Notes: a model not told the origin generated them from the letters alone. DNA of 64,000 nucleotides from Candidatus Dadabacteria bacterium (GCA_026706695.1 JAPOYE010000047.1:1760-65759); one strand, 5' to 3'. Positions 48,530 through 57,199 are shown, counted from the stretch's first letter. Program-made: numbers and translations.

Positions 48530-48641
48530 CCCTAAAAAAAGGTAATTCGAAAAGCAGGAAATTATACCGGAACCCCATGAGGATTCAACGCACGGACACG
48601 AGGGTTCAGGGGAAATTGACGTAGCCTCGGTTCTGCCTAAA

Positions 48642-49346
48642 TCAGCCGGCCGCCGCCCCGTTTTTTCCCGCTTCTTCCTTTATTAGTCCCAGTTCCAGAA
48701 GCTTCCTGTAGGTCTTGGTGTGGGAGCCGTGGTGGGAGAAGGTCTCTATGTCCCCGGGCTCGTCAATGTCGATGCTGATATTGAAGTTTCTGTAGACGTC
48801 GCAGGGCACGTATCTACGCTCGGCCTCCTCCCTGTGTTTCCTGAAACTGTCGTTTCCGAACATCGAAGGTATGCTGTCGGGAGGCTTTCTCAGTATTGCG
48901 TTTGTGCCGAACTCATCTTCTGAGGGAACGAGGATCACGGATTTGCCTTTCTTCTCTTTCTCAAGGACGGAATCGAGGTCCTCACCGGTTATTAAAGGGG
49001 CGTCGCCCGGGATTACGAGCACGGACTTTGCGCCCATTTTTCTGCAGACCTGGATCGCAAGATCAACCGAAGAGCTCTCCCCGAGCTGGCTCTCCTCCCT
49101 TATTACGTCAAACCCTTCCTCAAGGGCCATTTTCTCCGCTTTCCTGTCGAGAGTAACGACGACCTTGTTATCAGCGAGCTTCGATTCGCCGACCGCGGAG
49201 AACACGTCTTCCAGCATCACGTAGGCAAGTTCGGTTCTCTGCTTGTTGCTGAGCACCGATGCAAGCCTTTCGTTTGCCCTTGAAAGATCTTTTACGGGAA
49301 CCAATATGAATTTCAAAACTGCTACCTCGCTGTGGCGGGTCTCCAA
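48642..49346 (-). CDS. cofC: 2-phospho-L-lactate guanylyltransferase (CofC/FbiD family)
   Basis: 234 aa. ILVPVKDLSRANERL start, VIPGDAPLIT, GTNAIL and DIDEPGDIE, matching the CofC pattern (PvK..AKSRL, D.P.l, GTN, DiDtpeDl). Confidence 0.75.
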   Translation of the reverse strand: METRHSEVAVLKFILVPVKDLSRANERLASVLSNKQRTELAYVMLEDVFSAVGESKLADNKVVVTLDRKAEKMALEEGFDVIREESQLGESSSVDLAIQVCRKMGAKSVLVIPGDAPLITGEDLDSVLEKEKKGKSVILVPSEDEFGTNAILRKPPDSIPSMFGNDSFRKHREEAERRYVPCDVYRNFNISIDIDEPGDIETFSHHGSHTKTYRKLLELGLIKEEAGKNGAAAG

Positions 49347-49423
49347 CCACGCACTATTGTATCAATAAAAGTATCGCTTGAAAAACAGAAAAGCCGAGGG
49401 ATTCTGAAGTGTTGCTTCGGGCA

Positions 49424-49452
49424 TTGACATTTGTCACTTGACACATTACACT
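49424..49452 (+). promoter_or_regulatory. sigma70-like promoter with overlapping operator palindromes upstream of higB
   Basis: TTGACA (49424-49429), a 17-nt spacer, then TACACT (49447-49452). The spacer contains TGACAttTGTCA and TGTCActTGACA inverted repeats. The GTG start lies only 6 nt after the -10. Confidence 0.4.
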
Positions 49453-49458
49453 GCTTGA

Positions 49459-49737
49459 GTGATTAAATCGTTTCGTCATCGTGGTCTAAAGGCTTTATAT
49501 AGAGGTGAACGTCCGGCGAAAATCGCGCCTGAGCACATTGCAAAACTTAAGCGTATACTGACTGTGTTGGACCAAAGCAGTGGACCAGAAGATATGAATC
49601 TGCCCGGCTTCCAGTTGCACCGACTCAAAGGTTCGTTAAAAGGTTATTATGCTGTTTCAGTTTCGGGCAACTGGCGGGTCACGTTCCGGTTCAAAGATGG
49701 CGATGCTGTGGATGTCAATTATTTGGATTATCATTGA
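49459..49737 (+). CDS. higB: HigB toxin (RelE/ParE superfamily)
   Basis: 92 aa: MIKSFRHRGLKALY...LPGFQLHRLKGSLKGYYAVSVSGNWRVTFRF..GDAVDVNYLDYH, the typical HigB/plasmid-maintenance-killer pattern. GTG start. Confidence 0.85.
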   Translation: MIKSFRHRGLKALYRGERPAKIAPEHIAKLKRILTVLDQSSGPEDMNLPGFQLHRLKGSLKGYYAVSVSGNWRVTFRFKDGDAVDVNYLDYH

Positions 49738-49768
49738 ATGGTCCATATGTGATTAAAGGAGAAAAATT

Positions 49769-50092
49769 ATGGCAATGAAAGATCCTGTACATCCGGGCGT
49801 TATCGTACGCGAGGATTGTATGGAACCCTTGAATCTATCGGTTACCGAGTGCGCAAAAGTGCTTGGGGTTGCACGCCAGACGCTTTCCAATCTTGTCAAT
49901 GCAAAAGCATCCGTTTCCGTTGAAATGGCCTATAGATTGTCGAAGGCATTTGGTTCGACTCCGAGAACTTGGCTTGGCATGCAGTTGGCATTTGATCTTG
50001 CCCACACGCAGGAGTTAGAAGAGAAGATCAAGGTAAAGCGTGTTTCTGTAGAGCGTGGATCAAAAGCGAGGACGACTCCGCAGTCGGGGTAA
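49769..50092 (+). CDS. higA: HigA antitoxin (XRE-family HTH)
   Basis: 107 aa: VHPGVIVRED.MEPLNLSVTECAKVLGVARQTLSNLVN....VSVEMAYRLSKAFGSTPRTWLGMQ. Confidence 0.85.
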   Translation: MAMKDPVHPGVIVREDCMEPLNLSVTECAKVLGVARQTLSNLVNAKASVSVEMAYRLSKAFGSTPRTWLGMQLAFDLAHTQELEEKIKVKRVSVERGSKARTTPQSG

Positions 50093-50212
50093 AACAGAGA
50101 ATCCGGTTCGCACACGCTATCTTGGGCTTTATTGACAATAAAAGACCCCTGTATATAGAATGATTAGCGGAAACTAGCCGCTACGCCGCGAAGAAAGGAG
50201 CCCAGTCTAACA

Positions 50213-50800
50213 ATGACCCGCAAAGCCGTTTTAAAAAGAGAAACATCCGAAGTCAGCGCCAGCGTCGAGCTTGATCTCGACGGAACCGGGAAATTCGATA
50301 TCTCGACGGGGGTGCCGTTTTTCGACCACATGCTGAGCCAGCTCGCAAAGCACGGCTACTTCGACCTCACGGTCAAGGCCGAAGGGGACATCGACGTTGA
50401 TTTCCACCACACCGTGGAGGATGTCGGGATAGCGCTCGGGGAAGCTTTCTCAGAAGCCCTGGGCGACAAGAGGGGAATCACTAGGTACGGGCACGCCGTA
50501 ATCCCTTTTGACGACGCGCTTGTTGTTGTGGCAGTCGATCTCAGCGACAGACCCTGCTTTGTTTTCAAGGGGGAGATTCCCGCTGGCAAGGTCGGGGACT
50601 TTGACTCGGAGCTTGCCGAGGAGTTCTTCAAGTCCCTCACGAACTCGCTTCGCTGCAACCTGCACATCGAGTTTCGCCACGGAACGAACCTGCACCACAT
50701 AATAGAGGGCATGTTCAAGGCTCTGGGAAGATCCATGGATGTAGCCTCGGCGCTTGACGGGCGCCGCGACGATATTCCCTCGACCAAGGGGACGCTCTAG
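50213..50800 (+). CDS. hisB: imidazoleglycerol-phosphate dehydratase
   Basis: 195 aa with HHTVEDVGIALG and HHIIEGMFKALGR motifs. Confidence 0.95.
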   Translation: MTRKAVLKRETSEVSASVELDLDGTGKFDISTGVPFFDHMLSQLAKHGYFDLTVKAEGDIDVDFHHTVEDVGIALGEAFSEALGDKRGITRYGHAVIPFDDALVVVAVDLSDRPCFVFKGEIPAGKVGDFDSELAEEFFKSLTNSLRCNLHIEFRHGTNLHHIIEGMFKALGRSMDVASALDGRRDDIPSTKGTL

Positions 50801-51420
50801 TGATTTCCATAGTGGATTACGGGATGGGGAACTTAAGAAGCGTCGAGAAGAGCTTTACCTCCCAGGGCATAGAGGTCCGCGTTACCGAGGACCCGGGCGA
50901 CATAGAAGGCTCAAGCGGCCTCGTGGTTCCCGGGGTCGGGGCTTTCGGCGACTGCGTGAGGAACCTTCGCGAGCGCTCCATGACCGGCCCAATAAAGGAT
51001 TTTATCGAAAGCGGGCGGCCTTTTCTGGGCATATGCCTCGGCTTCCAGGTCCTGTTCGAATCAAGCGAAGAGGCTCCCGGAGAAGAGGGCCTTGGGATCC
51101 TCAAAGGGAAGGTCGTTCGGTTCCGTGTCGAGGAAAAGAAACTGAAGGTGCCCCACATGGGCTGGAACAGGGTGAGCGCGCCCGAGCAGACTCGCATACT
51201 CGAGGGGATACCGCAGCAAAGCTGGTTTTACTTCGTTCACTCCTACCACGTGGTTTCGGATGAGCCCGGCGCGGATGTTCTGCTTTCCGACTATGGGGGC
51301 GAGTTCGAGGCGGGGGTCATATCGGGAAATCTTTCCGCCTTCCAGTTCCACCCTGAAAAAAGCTCCGACTACGGGCTCATGATCTTGAGGAACTTCTCGA
51401 AGCTCTGCCTTGAGAACTGA
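50800..51420 (+). CDS. hisH: imidazole glycerol phosphate synthase, glutamine amidotransferase subunit
   Basis: 206 aa with IVDYGMGNLRSV, the GICLGFQ nucleophile elbow and HSY. Confidence 0.95.
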   Translation: MISIVDYGMGNLRSVEKSFTSQGIEVRVTEDPGDIEGSSGLVVPGVGAFGDCVRNLRERSMTGPIKDFIESGRPFLGICLGFQVLFESSEEAPGEEGLGILKGKVVRFRVEEKKLKVPHMGWNRVSAPEQTRILEGIPQQSWFYFVHSYHVVSDEPGADVLLSDYGGEFEAGVISGNLSAFQFHPEKSSDYGLMILRNFSKLCLEN

Positions 51421-53411
51421 TCCTTCTCCATTCCGTAGACCGCCTCGTAAGCGGCGTAGCTCCTTATGATTTTCTTTACGTAGTTCCTTGACTGCTCAAA
51501 GGGGATTTCCTCTATGAACTCGTCAATGTCGAGCGTCCCGTTTTTCTCATACCACGTCTTGGCGCTTGTGGGGCCGCCGTTATAGCCGGCTAGGCTTATG
51601 GCGAAGTTGCCCTCGAAGATCTCAAGCAGCCAGCTCAGGTAATAGCATCCCAGTTCAAGGTTTATGTCGGGAGAGAAAAGCTGGGAAGCCTGGAAATTGC
51701 TAAGACCCGCCTTGGGTGCCGTCTCAAGAGCCGTCGAGGGAAGCAGCTGCATGAGCCCCCTGGCGTCGGAAACCGAAACCGCCTCCTTGTCAAAATGGCT
51801 TTCCTCTCTTATGACGGAATAGACCAGGAACTCATCAAGCGTGTATTTGCGCGAAAAAACCTTCACCCGCTCCTCAAAGCCCTTCGGGAAGGAGAGGCGG
51901 AGCGCCTCGGGGGACCTGACGCCGTTTGCCAGGGTTATTGAGGTTTTGTAATCCTGTGCCTGCAGGTAAAGCGAGGCGAGGTAGAGGCGCTGCGCGCGCG
52001 TTTTCGCCCGGGGCCGCAGAAGCTCGGCTTCCCTAAGGGCAAGATCGTATACCCCGGCCTTGACGAAGAAAAGAAATTTCTCGAGCGCGGGATTTTTCCC
52101 GAAAGGGTTTCCCGACCAGGCAGCGGCGGGAGGCGGGGTGTGAAGCAGGTTTTCCCCGAGCCTCATCTTCGCGAGAGCCGAGTAGTAGGTGATTTTCGGG
52201 GATCCGGCGAGTTCTCCAAGCGCGAACAGCGCCCCGGGCTTGTCTCCCGCCCGCTCGGATGCCCTAGCGTACCAGTAAAGAAAGCGCTCCCGGTCCCTCC
52301 CCTTCGCCCAGGCGCGGTCGGAGAAAGCCTCAGCGGCCTTTTCGTACTCCTTTTTACTATAGTGCATCCACCCGAGGTTCCACGCGCTTTCCCGGGCCTC
52401 TTCCCTTCCGGGGTATTTCTCGATAACGAGGCGGTAGAGCCGGTGGGCCTCTTCAGGCTCGTTGCGCAGGTGGCGAAGCCTCGCAGCCTTAAGAAGCGAC
52501 TTGGACGTCCAGGAGCTTTTGGGGTTTAGCCTGTGGAGTCTCTCGAAAACGCCTATGGCCTCCTCTTCTTTCTCCATGCTCATGAGAGTCACGCCCCTCC
52601 AGTAAAAGGCCTTCGGGGAATCAATCCCCGAGAATACCTTCAGGGCTTCTGGAAACCGGGAAAGCCTGTAGAGGCAGATGCCGGTTTTCGTTCTTACCGC
52701 GTTTGTTCGCGGCGCTCCGGAGAAGGCCTCAAGCGCCCCCTCCCAGTTGCCGGCCTCGAACATGACGTCCCCTCTTTTTTCAAACTGCTGCGGCGAAGGG
52801 GTAAAGACTTTTCCGTTTTTCTTGTGAAGCTCGAATGCGTAATCCGAGAAGCTTACCTCCGGGTGCTCTGCCCATATCCTCTCGAATATCTCGGAGGCCG
52901 CGGGGAAGTCTCCCTGTCTCTCCTTTATTTCGCCGAGGTTTTTCAGGTAAACGGCTTTTTTCCACCTGCTGTCGGTCCGCTGGGCAAGATGGGAGTATGT
53001 TTTTTCCGCCTCCGCGTGACGATCGTTCTCGAGGTGGATGTCAGCAAGCCGCTCACGGGCGTCATGGCCGATCGCCGAGTCCGGGTGGTGTTTCAGTATC
53101 TTCAGGAAAAGCGCCTCTGCCCTCTCCTTCTGCCCGAGGCCTAAAGCCGCCTCCGCTTCGTAGTAAAGCAGATAATCCTCTATAAAGATGAGCTTATCCT
53201 TTATCTCGGCGAGAGCCCCGTGCACCTCGGCGTGCTGCCGCTCCCGGGCGTGGCAGTGAACCTTGAGAAACCACGCCTCGAGGGTTTTCTCGGTGGATTG
53301 CAGGACTTTTTCGCAGTCGACGTGGTTGGCGCGCGCGCCCTCGGCCGCGGCGGCGAGGAGAAGCAGGGCAAGGAGAAAGACGCTGAGAGCTGCTTTTTTC
53401 GGATCCATCAC
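51369..53411 (-). CDS. soluble lytic murein transglycosylase (Slt70-like: superhelical repeat domain + SLT catalytic domain)
   Basis: 680 aa with a signal peptide and TPR-like repeats. The catalytic block is IREESHFDKEAVSVSDARGLMQLLPSTA ... YNGGP. Confidence 0.85.
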   Translation of the reverse strand: MMDPKKAALSVFLLALLLLAAAAEGARANHVDCEKVLQSTEKTLEAWFLKVHCHARERQHAEVHGALAEIKDKLIFIEDYLLYYEAEAALGLGQKERAEALFLKILKHHPDSAIGHDARERLADIHLENDRHAEAEKTYSHLAQRTDSRWKKAVYLKNLGEIKERQGDFPAASEIFERIWAEHPEVSFSDYAFELHKKNGKVFTPSPQQFEKRGDVMFEAGNWEGALEAFSGAPRTNAVRTKTGICLYRLSRFPEALKVFSGIDSPKAFYWRGVTLMSMEKEEEAIGVFERLHRLNPKSSWTSKSLLKAARLRHLRNEPEEAHRLYRLVIEKYPGREEARESAWNLGWMHYSKKEYEKAAEAFSDRAWAKGRDRERFLYWYARASERAGDKPGALFALGELAGSPKITYYSALAKMRLGENLLHTPPPAAAWSGNPFGKNPALEKFLFFVKAGVYDLALREAELLRPRAKTRAQRLYLASLYLQAQDYKTSITLANGVRSPEALRLSFPKGFEERVKVFSRKYTLDEFLVYSVIREESHFDKEAVSVSDARGLMQLLPSTALETAPKAGLSNFQASQLFSPDINLELGCYYLSWLLEIFEGNFAISLAGYNGGPTSAKTWYEKNGTLDIDEFIEEIPFEQSRNYVKKIIRSYAAYEAVYGMEKDQFSRQSFEKFLKIMSP

Positions 53412-54217
53412 CTTGAGTTCTCCGTGGCCAGAAGGTCTCTTATGCCTTCCCCGAAGAGATTAAAGGAAAGCGCCGTTATGAAAATCGCGATGCTTGGAAA
53501 CACTATAAGGTGGGGGAAAGTCCTTATTCCCTGCCACCCGGTGCTCGCAAGCGTGCCCCAGCTCGCCTCAGGCGGAGATATCCCGAGGCCGAGAAAGCTG
53601 AGGGTGGATTCCGTGAGGATTGCGTAAGGAACTGAAAACGTGACGGTGACTATGAGGGGACTTAGCGTGTTCGGAAGTATGTGCCTTGCGAGAATGGTAC
53701 GCGGCGAGGCCCCGAGCGCCCTTGCGGACTCAACGTACTCAAACGACTTTATCTGCAAAACACTTCCCCTCACTATCCTCGCGACCCTCATCCACGACAT
53801 CACCCCGAGAGATATTACGATGCCCGTAATCCCCGTTCCGATAACGAGCGTCAGAAGGACTATCAGCAGAAGGTCCGGGACGGCGTAGAACACGTCGACC
53901 GTGCGCATTATAAGCTCGTCCGTTTTCCCCCCGGCGTATCCCGAGACCGCTCCGAGAACCGTTCCGATGACAAGCGCCATCGCGGCGGTTCCGACGGCGA
54001 CCGCTATCGATATCCTCGAGCCGTGGATTACCCTGCTCAGAAGATCGCGTCCCTCCTGGTCCGTTCCCATGAGGTGCACGGAATCGGGGGCGCGAAGCGC
54101 GTTTGCGAAATTCGTCTGGTCGTACTCGTAGGGGGAGAGGGCGGGCGCGAAAATCGCGACCAGAATTATAAGGAATATTATCGTTCCCGTGATTATTATC
54201 TGGGTTTTTACGTACAT
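53408..54217 (-). CDS. ABC transporter permease (DppC/OppC type)
   Basis: 269 aa with HLMGTDQEGRDLLSRVIHGSRISI and the EAA-loop region ESARALGASPRTILARHILPN. No cognate binding-protein or ATPase genes are adjacent. Confidence 0.85.
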   Translation of the reverse strand: MYVKTQIIITGTIIFLIILVAIFAPALSPYEYDQTNFANALRAPDSVHLMGTDQEGRDLLSRVIHGSRISIAVAVGTAAMALVIGTVLGAVSGYAGGKTDELIMRTVDVFYAVPDLLLIVLLTLVIGTGITGIVISLGVMSWMRVARIVRGSVLQIKSFEYVESARALGASPRTILARHILPNTLSPLIVTVTFSVPYAILTESTLSFLGLGISPPEASWGTLASTGWQGIRTFPHLIVFPSIAIFITALSFNLFGEGIRDLLATENSR

Positions 54218-54238
54218 GCTGTTTTGGGCCCGGGACGC

Positions 54239-54634
54239 TCAGGCGTCCTTTCTGTGTGAGGCCCGGACTACCGTCTTTATTCCGCCGCGGACGTTGAAGT
54301 CGCCCGTCACCTCGACCGACCTCGGATCGCACGCGGAGACGAAATCGTTGAGGATCCTGTTCGTCACGTGCTCGTGGAACTCGCCCGTGTTCCTGTAGGA
54401 GAACATGTAGAGCTTAAGGGACTTAAGTTCCACGCAGAGCCTGTCGGGCACGTACTTTATTGTGATGGTCGCAAAGTCCGGCTGTCCCGTTTTCGGGCAA
54501 ACGCAGGTAAACTCGGGACACGATATCTCGATTTCGTAATCCCTCTCCGGGTTTTTGTTCTCGAAAGTCTCGAGGATTTCCGGGCTCGGTTCGTCCATTG
54601 GCCAGAAACGCCGCGCGGCCTTTGCGGGCGCCAC
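54239..54634 (-). CDS. queF: NADPH-dependent 7-cyano-7-deazaguanine reductase
   Basis: Contains [17 protein letters not shown] and the YRN..EFHE motif of type I QueF. The true start may be the internal ATG at 54598 (MDEPSPE). Confidence 0.9.
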   Translation of the reverse strand: MAPAKAARRFWPMDEPSPEILETFENKNPERDYEIEISCPEFTCVCPKTGQPDFATITIKYVPDRLCVELKSLKLYMFSYRNTGEFHEHVTNRILNDFVSACDPRSVEVTGDFNVRGGIKTVVRASHRKDA

Positions 54635-54746
54635 CTCCGTATCCGCTTAATTTATCAGATGTCAGCCGGTAATCAACCCCGGCCGCGGGAGTTTGCTTTG
54701 GTTTGACACCGCGGAGTTTAGAGTCAATAATCTTTTCTCCGCATTC

Positions 54747-54820
54747 TGGGGCATCGTATAACGGCAGTACAGCGGACTCTGGATCCGCTAGTCTAGGTTC
54801 GAATCCTAGTGCCCCAGCCA
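54747..54820 (+). tRNA. tRNA-Gln (anticodon CTG), CCA encoded
   Basis: Hand-folded: acceptor TGGGGCA/TGCCCCA, anticodon arm GCGGA-CTCTGGA-TCCGC, T arm CTAGG-TTCGAAT-CCTAG, and 3' GCCA. Confidence 0.9.
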
Positions 54821-54966
54821 GCTTTTCGTCTTTGACAATTTTGGTTTCTGTAAAAAATGGGATTTAGCAAGCAGAACATATCTGCAAATATAGAAATTTG
54901 GCCACTTCTATATTCTTTTCAGCGTTATTGTCAAAGGGCTTTGGGAAATCAAGCCTAAATCTAGTC

Positions 54967-55048
54967 ACAGATTATATTCTGTAATTTTATCCTTGACTTA
55001 CAGCTTTTATCCTGTTAACATTGGTTTTACTTACAGAATATAGGCTGT
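54967..55048 (+). promoter_or_regulatory. promoter flanked by two similar 16-bp palindromic operators upstream of the HTH gene
   Basis: ACAGATTATATTCTGT (54967-54982) and ACAGAATATAGGCTGT (55033-55048) flank TTGACT (54993-54998), a 17-nt spacer and TAACAT (55016-55021). Confidence 0.4.
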
Positions 55049-55051
55049 GAT

Positions 55052-55501
55052 ATGACAAACAAATTTAAGTATATGCAATTGCAGACGCTGGATGACCACC
55101 TTTCCAGAGTGAATGTTTGCGACCGTCCCTCTGGCGGTTGGATTCGTGCTGTCCGCACCTCGCTTGGCATGAGCGTTCGTCAGATGGCGGAACGTATAGG
55201 CATCACACAGCAATCCGCCGCTCGTTTGGAGAAAAACGAGATCAATGATGCGATTACACTTAGGTCGCTTCGCAAGGCGGCTGAAGCATTGGATTGCAGG
55301 CTCGTTTATGTTTTTGTTCCAAATGATGGCTCCTTGCGGAACATCGTGCGCAAGCAGGCGCTCAGAAAGGCTCGTGATATCGTTGATCCTGTGGACCACA
55401 GCATGATGCTTGAAGCGCAGGATGTAGGCGACAGGCAGGAGAAAACCGCCCAAATCGCTGATGAGTTGGTGCGCAACCCTGCCATCAGTCTGTGGGACTG
55501 A
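55052..55501 (+). CDS. 'mobile mystery protein A' (XRE-type HTH)
   Basis: 149 aa: RPSGGWIRAVRTSLGMSVRQMAERIGITQQSAARLEKNE...ITLRSLRKAAEALDCRLVYVFVP matches the remembered TIGR02612 pattern. Confidence 0.75.
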   Translation: MTNKFKYMQLQTLDDHLSRVNVCDRPSGGWIRAVRTSLGMSVRQMAERIGITQQSAARLEKNEINDAITLRSLRKAAEALDCRLVYVFVPNDGSLRNIVRKQALRKARDIVDPVDHSMMLEAQDVGDRQEKTAQIADELVRNPAISLWD

Positions 55502-55502
55502 A

Positions 55503-56026
55503 ATGGTTCAGTATCGTTATACAGAGGGCCAGACCCCGCTTAGCGAGGAAGAGAAGGAACATCTCGTTCCCACCATATTAATGCGTGAAGATCTGGACCG
55601 TTTCGAGCGGAGAAATTTATCCTGAACCTTCATAAGCGCATGTTCGGTCGTGTCTGGAAATGGGCAGGTCAGTACCGAAAATCCGACAAAAACATCGGCG
55701 TCAACTATTCCCTCATCCAGACCGAATTTCGCAAGTTGCTGGACGATGCCGCTTATTGGCTGGAACACAATACCTACGGTGTTACTGAACTGGCCGTTAT
55801 TTTTCATCACCGGTTAGTGAAAATTCACCTTTTTCCGAACGGCAACGGCCGACACGCGCGCTTGCTTGCCGATGTAATAGTTGCCAAATATGGTGGTGAA
55901 AAACTCACATGGGGCGGTGGTGCCGACCTCACTGCGTCTGAAGATGTCCGCGAACGCTATATTGCGGCACTGCGTGAGGCTGACTCTGGTATCTATGATT
56001 CCCTGATTTCGTTTGCTAAGTCGTAA
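55503..56026 (+). pseudogene. 'mobile mystery protein B' (Fic/DOC family), split by a frameshift near 55589-55625
   Basis: The ATG at 55503 (TGAaATG coupling) gives 40 codons, then TGA at 55623-55625. The second frame is open from 55589 and continues ..FILNLHKRMFGRVWKWAGQYRKSDKNIGV...HHRLVKIHLFPNGNGRHARLLAD, which carries the Fic motif H.F.NGNGR..R. The two parts together are about 175 aa, a normal length for this family. Confidence 0.7.
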
Positions 56027-56062
56027 TTCATTAGAAACTAACCATGTAAAGGAGTTACCGAA

Positions 56063-56245
56063 ATGTCTGGACACAAGCTGTCACCTGAGAACGGAGAAAA
56101 ACAACCCGCTCGGGTCGAGCCTAAAGATGAGGCTGAATCCAGTTTTTTCTCACGTATTTCCGGTTCGTTAAAGGGTACTGTAACTATCTCACCGGGTGTG
56201 GACTTGACCTTGCCTGTCGGCAGGGAATGGGACATCACTGAATAA
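56063..56245 (+). CDS. small hypothetical protein (antitoxin-like C-terminus?)
   Basis: 60 aa with a good RBS (AAGGAG 7 nt upstream). The C-terminal GSLKGTVTISPGVDLTLPVGREWD resembles the tails of some small antitoxins. No partner gene is present. Confidence 0.35.
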   Translation: MSGHKLSPENGEKQPARVEPKDEAESSFFSRISGSLKGTVTISPGVDLTLPVGREWDITE

Positions 56246-56271
56246 ATAAAGGCGGATTGCCCGAAGCAACA

Positions 56272-57177
56272 TCACTCCATTATCTCGAATCGGAATATGT
56301 CCGGCCTTGAGAAATGCCCCACGGAGTCTATTACGGTCTTTGCCCTTATTATCTGGTCAAGCTCGATCTCCGCGTAGAGAATCTCTTCCTTTCCGTATAC
56401 GGGGCCGATTATGTACTGTCCCCTGGGGTTTATTATGCCGCTTCCCCCGGGGTAATCCCAGATCGTATGCTCCTTCAGGGGAAAGGAGTCGGGAATCATA
56501 TCCTCTTCTATGAAACCGGCTGAGATTATGACGAACACCTGTCCCTCAAACGCGTACTGTCGGCTCGCGAAATCCATCGTGTCCTTAACGAACGAGTGTC
56601 CTCCCCAGAGACCCACGTGCACCTGCTCCCCCTTGGTGAACATCGCGTACTTCTCAAGGGTCATGTGGTGCTCGTAGCAGAAAAGTCCCCCTATTTTCCC
56701 GATTTCGGTGTCAAACACCCTCACGTCCTCGGCGGTTCCGTTCGCCCATACGCATTTCTCGCTGTCAATCGACATCAGCTTTCTGTGCCTTCCGAGAAGG
56801 GAGCCGTCCTTGCCGAAGTAGAGTATGGTGTTGTAGAGGGTTCCTCCCTCTTTTTCGTTAACCCCTATTACGACGCAGGTCTTGGCCCGCTTCGCCGCAT
56901 TGCCGATTCTTTTGGTGTCCTCCCCGGGAACCTCGACCGAGTTTCTGTGTAGCTCGACGTGGGCGTCCATGGTGAGCTTTTTCTCGGCCCCGAACCCGAG
57001 ATCCTTCGGCCAGTAGGGATAGGTGGGTATGAAGGCCTCGGGGAAAACCACGAGTTCAGCCCCGTTTCCCGCTGCTTCCTTTATAAGCCTGAGGACCTTG
57101 TCGACCGTGCCCTTTCTGTCGAGAAAAACGGGAGCTGCCTGCACCGCAGCCGCCGTGAAGGATTTTCCGTTGCTCAT
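56272..57177 (-). CDS. nitrilase / carbon-nitrogen hydrolase family protein
   Basis: 301 aa with AAVQAAPVFLD...ELVVFPEAFIPTYPYW (catalytic Glu), RKLM (Lys) and GGLFCYEHHM (Cys). Confidence 0.85.
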   Translation of the reverse strand: MSNGKSFTAAAVQAAPVFLDRKGTVDKVLRLIKEAAGNGAELVVFPEAFIPTYPYWPKDLGFGAEKKLTMDAHVELHRNSVEVPGEDTKRIGNAAKRAKTCVVIGVNEKEGGTLYNTILYFGKDGSLLGRHRKLMSIDSEKCVWANGTAEDVRVFDTEIGKIGGLFCYEHHMTLEKYAMFTKGEQVHVGLWGGHSFVKDTMDFASRQYAFEGQVFVIISAGFIEEDMIPDSFPLKEHTIWDYPGGSGIINPRGQYIIGPVYGKEEILYAEIELDQIIRAKTVIDSVGHFSRPDIFRFEIME

Positions 57178-57199
57178 AATGGGTTATTATACAACGGAA
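57158..57199. repeat. 42-bp direct repeat, copy A (nitrilase codons 1-7 + 22 nt upstream)
   Basis: AAGGATTTTCCGTTGCTCATAATGGGTTATTATACAACGGAA is 40/42 identical to 58104-58145. Confidence 0.95.

Larger units (their letters stand above)
54821..56271. mobile_element. small low-GC islet abutting the 3' end of tRNA-Gln (HTH/Fic 'mobile mystery protein' pair + small ORF); no integrase, no attR found
   Basis: An abrupt fall in GC starts immediately after the tRNA CCA. The gene content is typical of mobile DNA. It is bounded on the right by the high-GC nitrilase gene. Confidence 0.35.

Noticed and set aside
48345-48578. 77-aa ORF on the minus strand.
   Set aside because: It overlaps the tRNA-Met gene; its 'GSNPP' stretch is simply the translated T-arm.
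51246-51253. CCACGTGG palindrome inside hisH, considered as a degenerate parS.
   Set aside because: The flanks (CCTA..TTTC) do not match the parS arms TGTT/AACA, and the site lies within coding sequence.
54635-54746. Possible preQ1 riboswitch in front of queF. A CCGCGG...CCGCGG hairpin is present on the minus strand.
   Set aside because: The loop and tail do not match the preQ1-I/II consensus elements: there is no conserved loop sequence and no A-rich tail ending in CUA next to the SD. It is only a generic hairpin.
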